A stretch of 47,126 nt of DNA from a virus, in IMG/VR virus record IMGVR_UViG_3300044769_000038, one strand, 5' to 3'. Positions 44,206 through 47,126 of the stretch are shown here, in pieces. How positions within the stretch are numbered: position 1 is the stretch's first letter; every line of letters starts with the position of its first letter. The notes beneath the pieces were generated by a model that worked only from the letters and a program-made list of their open reading frames with translations, was not told where the DNA came from and ran no database searches. Made by a program: the position numbers and the translations under genes.

Positions 44206-44234
44206 TTGACTTCCCGTCGGGGATTTGCTACACT
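44206..44234 (+). promoter_or_regulatory. Candidate rightward sigma70-type promoter (TTGACT-17-TACACT)
   Basis: TTGACTtcccgtcggggatttgcTACACT, about 80 nt upstream of the ATG at 44316. Confidence 0.5.
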
Positions 44235-44315
44235 CACGCGTGGGACTTCACGTCCCCATGATTTCCATCGCTCATCGGAACACCGACAACTATAGTAGAG
44301 GTCCAAGAGATCGCC

Positions 44316-44993
44316 ATGTTCATTGATCGGAAAGAGGCAACGCGTCGAGTGAACAACTCCACGGGAGTTCTCTCTCGAATCAATCCCTCTACCATCAAAC
44401 CGTCGAATGGTAACGGGTCCCATCCTCCGGTTAAAGACGCGCACAAGGACACGGAAGAATCCTCGGTCCCATCCATCACGGAAACACCAGAGGAGTTCAG
44501 CGAGGGCGCGCTCAAGAGCCTCCTGAACGTGAAGCGCGCACGCGGGCAACATGGGCCTCTGATGTCCACGAAGGACCGCGCAACGCTTGGACTCGCGGGA
44601 GTTCTCCTCGGTGGTAGGCGGGCTGGAAACCTCCTCGGTCGTGGACCAGATACCTCACACGAGCTGCGTCATGGTTATCTCTCTCAAGTCAAGAAACAGG
44701 CGGGCGAGCAGGATGAGGCTCTCGTCGACGAGCTTGGACTCCAGAAGAAAACAGTCCGTGACCTGGCCTTTGATCGACTCATCTCATCCGTTGGCCTCAT
44801 TACCCACGAGAAGCTCGAAAAGATTGCTGACGTTACCAAGCTCGCCAAAGTCAGCCGTGATCTTGCTACCGTCGTAGACAAGACCACCCCCAAGGAACAA
44901 GCAATCAACAACGGCGTTCACTTCCACATCTGGAAGCCTGAGATGAAGGAAGAGTCTCAATACGAGACCATCAACGTAAATGCACCGCGCTAA
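44316..44993 (+). CDS. Hypothetical protein (first rightward gene)
   Basis: 225-aa ORF downstream of the candidate promoter. No motif recognised. Confidence 0.5.
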   Translation: MFIDRKEATRRVNNSTGVLSRINPSTIKPSNGNGSHPPVKDAHKDTEESSVPSITETPEEFSEGALKSLLNVKRARGQHGPLMSTKDRATLGLAGVLLGGRRAGNLLGRGPDTSHELRHGYLSQVKKQAGEQDEALVDELGLQKKTVRDLAFDRLISSVGLITHEKLEKIADVTKLAKVSRDLATVVDKTTPKEQAINNGVHFHIWKPEMKEESQYETINVNAPR

Positions 44994-45045
44994 ATATACT
45001 CCACCCGTCGAACCACTCCCGTTTAACAGGAACGTGGAAATCACA

Positions 45046-45264
45046 ATGTCGGACGAGACGCTCTCGGGCACAATCAAGAAGCTGCGTGAAGGTTACGGTT
45101 TTATCACGGGAGCTGACGGCAAGGACTACTTCCTCCACTGGACCTCGCTCGCGAAAGAGTCACCGAAGGACTTTCGCCAGCTTGAGGTCGGAGATCGTGT
45201 CGAGTTCAAATGGAAGCTCGCGGAAAAGGGACCACGCGCGCTCGACGTGATGGTGCTGGCATAA
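45046..45264 (+). CDS. Cold-shock-domain (CspA-like) nucleic-acid-binding protein
   Basis: GTIKKLREGYGFITGADGKDYFLHWTSL ... GDRVEFKW matches the CSD pattern with RNP1-like GYGFI. The start was moved to the internal ATG at 45046. Confidence 0.7.
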   Translation: MSDETLSGTIKKLREGYGFITGADGKDYFLHWTSLAKESPKDFRQLEVGDRVEFKWKLAEKGPRALDVMVLA

Positions 45265-45279
45265 CGTAAGGAGCCTCAT

Positions 45280-45465
45280 ATGGTATTGCTGCTAGTTTGG
45301 GTGTTAGTCGCTATCCTGGCGCTCTACTGTGTGAGACTCATGCTCCCGATGACGGGGCTTCCTGCAAACGCGCAGACGGTCATCATCATCATTCTCGCAA
45401 TCATCCTCCTTCTGTGGTTGGTCGCGGGATACGCCCCACAGTCGTGGGTAAGTAGACCAAGATAG
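45280..45465 (+). CDS. Small membrane protein with two TM segments
   Basis: 61 aa. MVLLLVWVLVAILALYCV and VIIIILAIILLLWLVAGY are hydrophobic helices. GGAG lies upstream. Confidence 0.55.
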   Translation: MVLLLVWVLVAILALYCVRLMLPMTGLPANAQTVIIIILAIILLLWLVAGYAPQSWVSRPR

Positions 45466-45473
45466 GAGAGAAC

Positions 45474-46046
45474 ATGGAATTCGTGGACGGAACACTCGCA
45501 GGGGCCTGTAGGGTTAAGAAGCTCACGGGGCCGGGCTTCGCCATCGTGGACATGGGGCGCAACGGTGAAGGCAAGGCCTATCACGGCGACCACGTCCTCG
45601 AAGTTGAGACGACACGGGAAGCCATCTACGGTGAGAAGGAGTTCGACCTCGAGAAGGCGAAGGCCGACCCACCGGAAGCTCAGAAGATGGTCACTCGTAT
45701 CTGCCGCTTCGTTCTGTCGGAGGATGCGGCGCGCGCGACGGGCGTGTTCCAGGAAGATGTCGTCGAGCCGCCGAGTGAAGCCATCGATGCAACTGGAGCG
45801 ACAGCGGGAAACCCCGGCTCGTTCACCCCGAGTGGTGCGACGCCTCCGGTGGACCTCGCCTCGATGGTTGGAATCGTCGCGACCCCGGCCAGCGGATGGC
45901 TCGTGGGAGAACACGTGGTGCTCGGCGACGCGTCGCACGCGAGCTGGGACGGAGGCGCGTGGGTCGCTGGTGACGGGGTTGGCATCGCGGCCTTCTCCAC
46001 TGCATCAAAGGCCAAGAAATCGGGCGTCGTTCAGGACACGTTCTAG
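45474..46046 (+). CDS. Hypothetical protein
   Basis: 190-aa ORF. AGGAGAGAAC lies upstream of the ATG. Confidence 0.5.
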   Translation: MEFVDGTLAGACRVKKLTGPGFAIVDMGRNGEGKAYHGDHVLEVETTREAIYGEKEFDLEKAKADPPEAQKMVTRICRFVLSEDAARATGVFQEDVVEPPSEAIDATGATAGNPGSFTPSGATPPVDLASMVGIVATPASGWLVGEHVVLGDASHASWDGGAWVAGDGVGIAAFSTASKAKKSGVVQDTF

Positions 46047-46076
46047 GCCATCGAACCGGTCCAAAGACGCGCACGA

Positions 46077-46118
46077 CGAGACGGGATGGAGTTTCCTCCA
46101 GGGTTCGCCATCCCGTCT
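46077..46118 (+). promoter_or_regulatory. 12-bp-stem hairpin upstream of the terminase-proximal genes
   Basis: GAGACGGGATGG - 18-nt loop - CCATCCCGTCTC. No U-tract follows. Confidence 0.4.
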
Positions 46119-46154
46119 CACTACCAGTAACCGTATAACGTAAGTGAGGTCAGC

Positions 46155-46394
46155 GTGCGAAACTATCATGTGCTTCTCTCGAACGGCAACGAACGGAACA
46201 TCAAGGCGAAGTCGATTGAAATTCTCGATGGCTCGCTTCTGTTCTGGAGTGAACTGAGCATCGAAGCGACGGAATCCGAGTCGAGCATCGTTGTCGCATA
46301 CGCGCCGGGCACCTGGGTCGGCGTGGAGGTCGAGCGACTCGACGACAAGGGCTACCCCGGAGACGACCCGAATCGTCCAACGCCCATCAACTGA
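46155..46394 (+). CDS. Hypothetical small protein
   Basis: GTG start with GTGAGG upstream. 79 aa. Confidence 0.45.
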   Translation: MRNYHVLLSNGNERNIKAKSIEILDGSLLFWSELSIEATESESSIVVAYAPGTWVGVEVERLDDKGYPGDDPNRPTPIN

Positions 46395-46395
46395 C

Positions 46396-46659
46396 ATGGA
46401 GAACAAGTTCATCGTCGAGGAGTGGCCGGTTGTCACCTTCACGATTCAGAATGGCCCCATCAAGGAAGTCGGCGTCAACGGCTGCCAGATTGATGAAGTC
46501 ATCGAGTGGGCGAGGAACACAATCGACGGGTTCAACAAGAGCTTCCCCTGTCGTGAGAACTCCCTGGCGATCACGAAGCTCGACGAGGCGCTCCTCTGGC
46601 TCCTCAAGCGCAAGATGGACCGAGATGCGCGGGGGGTCGAGGGTTATAACAAGGCATGA
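46396..46659 (+). CDS. Conserved-looking small phage protein upstream of terL
   Basis: The start was moved to the ATG at 46396, 1 nt after the upstream stop. Its stop overlaps the terL ATG (ATGA). Contains FPCRENSLAITKLDEALLWLLKRKMDRDARGVEG. Confidence 0.5.
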   Translation: MENKFIVEEWPVVTFTIQNGPIKEVGVNGCQIDEVIEWARNTIDGFNKSFPCRENSLAITKLDEALLWLLKRKMDRDARGVEGYNKA

Positions 46660-47126
46660 TTCAGGTCACCTCGAGGGCTGAGAAACTATGGAGTCCTCAC
46701 CAGGTCCAAGCGGACTTTGTGCAGACTCCGTGGACAGTCTTCGAGGCGATGTTTGGCGGCGCAGCCGGAGGGGGAAAGTCCGAACTTCTATTGATGCTTC
46801 CAGTCGTTTACGGGTTTCACGAGATTCCCGGATTTAATGGCATCCTGTTTAGAAGGACTTTCCCTCAACTTGAAGAATCGCTGATACCTCGCTCTCAGGA
46901 GTTCTACAAATACCTCGGGGCGACTTATAACGACACGAAGCACTACTGGACGTTTCCATCGGGCGCAGTCGTAAGGTTCTCATATCTCGATAAAGACAAA
47001 GACGCGCGCGACCACGACACGGCTGAGTATCACTACGCAGGGTTCGATGAGCTGACGGCCTTTACGGAGTTTATGTATCGTTACATAACCTCCAGAGTCC
47101 GGTCAACTCTCACCGGCGTGCCGCCC
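46656..47126 (+). CDS. terL: Terminase large subunit, N-terminal part (continues at nt 128 after the circular junction)
   Basis: ATG at 46656. Walker A (GGAAGGGKSE) and Walker B (HYAGFDELT). The frame is open to the window end and continuous with 1..1387. Confidence 0.85.
   Translation, partial: MIQVTSRAEKLWSPHQVQADFVQTPWTVFEAMFGGAAGGGKSELLLMLPVVYGFHEIPGFNGILFRRTFPQLEESLIPRSQEFYKYLGATYNDTKHYWTFPSGAVVRFSYLDKDKDARDHDTAEYHYAGFDELTAFTEFMYRYITSRVRSTLTGVPP
47000..47126. repeat. Terminal direct repeat, identical to 1..127
   Basis: Direct comparison of the two ends. Confidence 0.95.

Noticed and set aside
40919-44315. tRNA or other classical RNA genes in the non-coding regions
   Set aside because: I found no cloverleaf-compatible segment with a GTTCRAnnC T-loop and matching acceptor stem by eye. 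This needs a tRNAscan or covariance-model run to be definitive.
43593-44569. Overlapping ORFs on both strands in the control region (43593..43805, 43826..44065, 43906..44133, 43924..44145, 43931..44185, 44040..44552, 44055..44261, 44234..44569)
   Set aside because: They are mutually exclusive and lie over the GGAGTAT/ACCGGCTCC repeats and promoters. They encode Tyr/Gly/Pro/Arg repeat artefacts and lack SD sequences.
45324-46442. Minus-strand and alternate-frame ORFs 45324..45938, 45565..46143, 45680..46015 and 46005..46442
   Set aside because: They overlap better-supported plus-strand genes that have SDs and start/stop coupling. Their products are Arg-rich.

Overview
The window is a complete, circularly closed dsDNA tailed-phage genome. 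Nt 1-127 are identical to nt 47000-47126, giving 46,999 unique bp, and the junction falls inside the large terminase gene. There are two tightly packed, translationally coupled arms. The plus-strand arm (44316 -> junction -> 25083) carries small leader genes, including a cold-shock-domain protein, then terL, portal, scaffold, major capsid, a fibre cluster and three large Gly/Pro-rich putative internal virion proteins. The minus-strand arm (43489 -> 25080) carries replication, recombination and nucleotide genes: an SNF2 helicase, a Cas4-like nuclease, a Sak4-like ATPase with an SSB-like protein, a PNK-like kinase, a ParB-DNA methyltransferase fusion, a deoxyribosyltransferase-like protein, a UDG-like/family A DNA polymerase fusion, and many small zinc-ribbon proteins. 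I recognised no integrase, RNA polymerase, tRNA, CRISPR array, tape measure, sheath or endolysin, so a lytic podovirus-like phage is an inference only. The most unusual content is a lower-GC island inside the structural module (about 12.9-19.1 kb). It encodes a fibre-cluster protein whose C-terminal ~235 aa are almost entirely His-Xaa-Asp triplets. This ORF is translationally coupled to a radical SAM/SPASM enzyme that itself ends in an HGD repeat tail. A Cys-rich-domain/SAM-methyltransferase fusion, a lipoprotein and a small GNAT-like protein follow. This looks like RiPP-style maturation applied to a virion protein. Two large non-coding regions are also notable. One is a 1.65-kb gap with a very AT-rich, iteron-laden core (a candidate origin). 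The other is an ~800-bp divergent control region packed with periodic GGAGTAT motifs, ACCGGCTCC repeats and palindromes.
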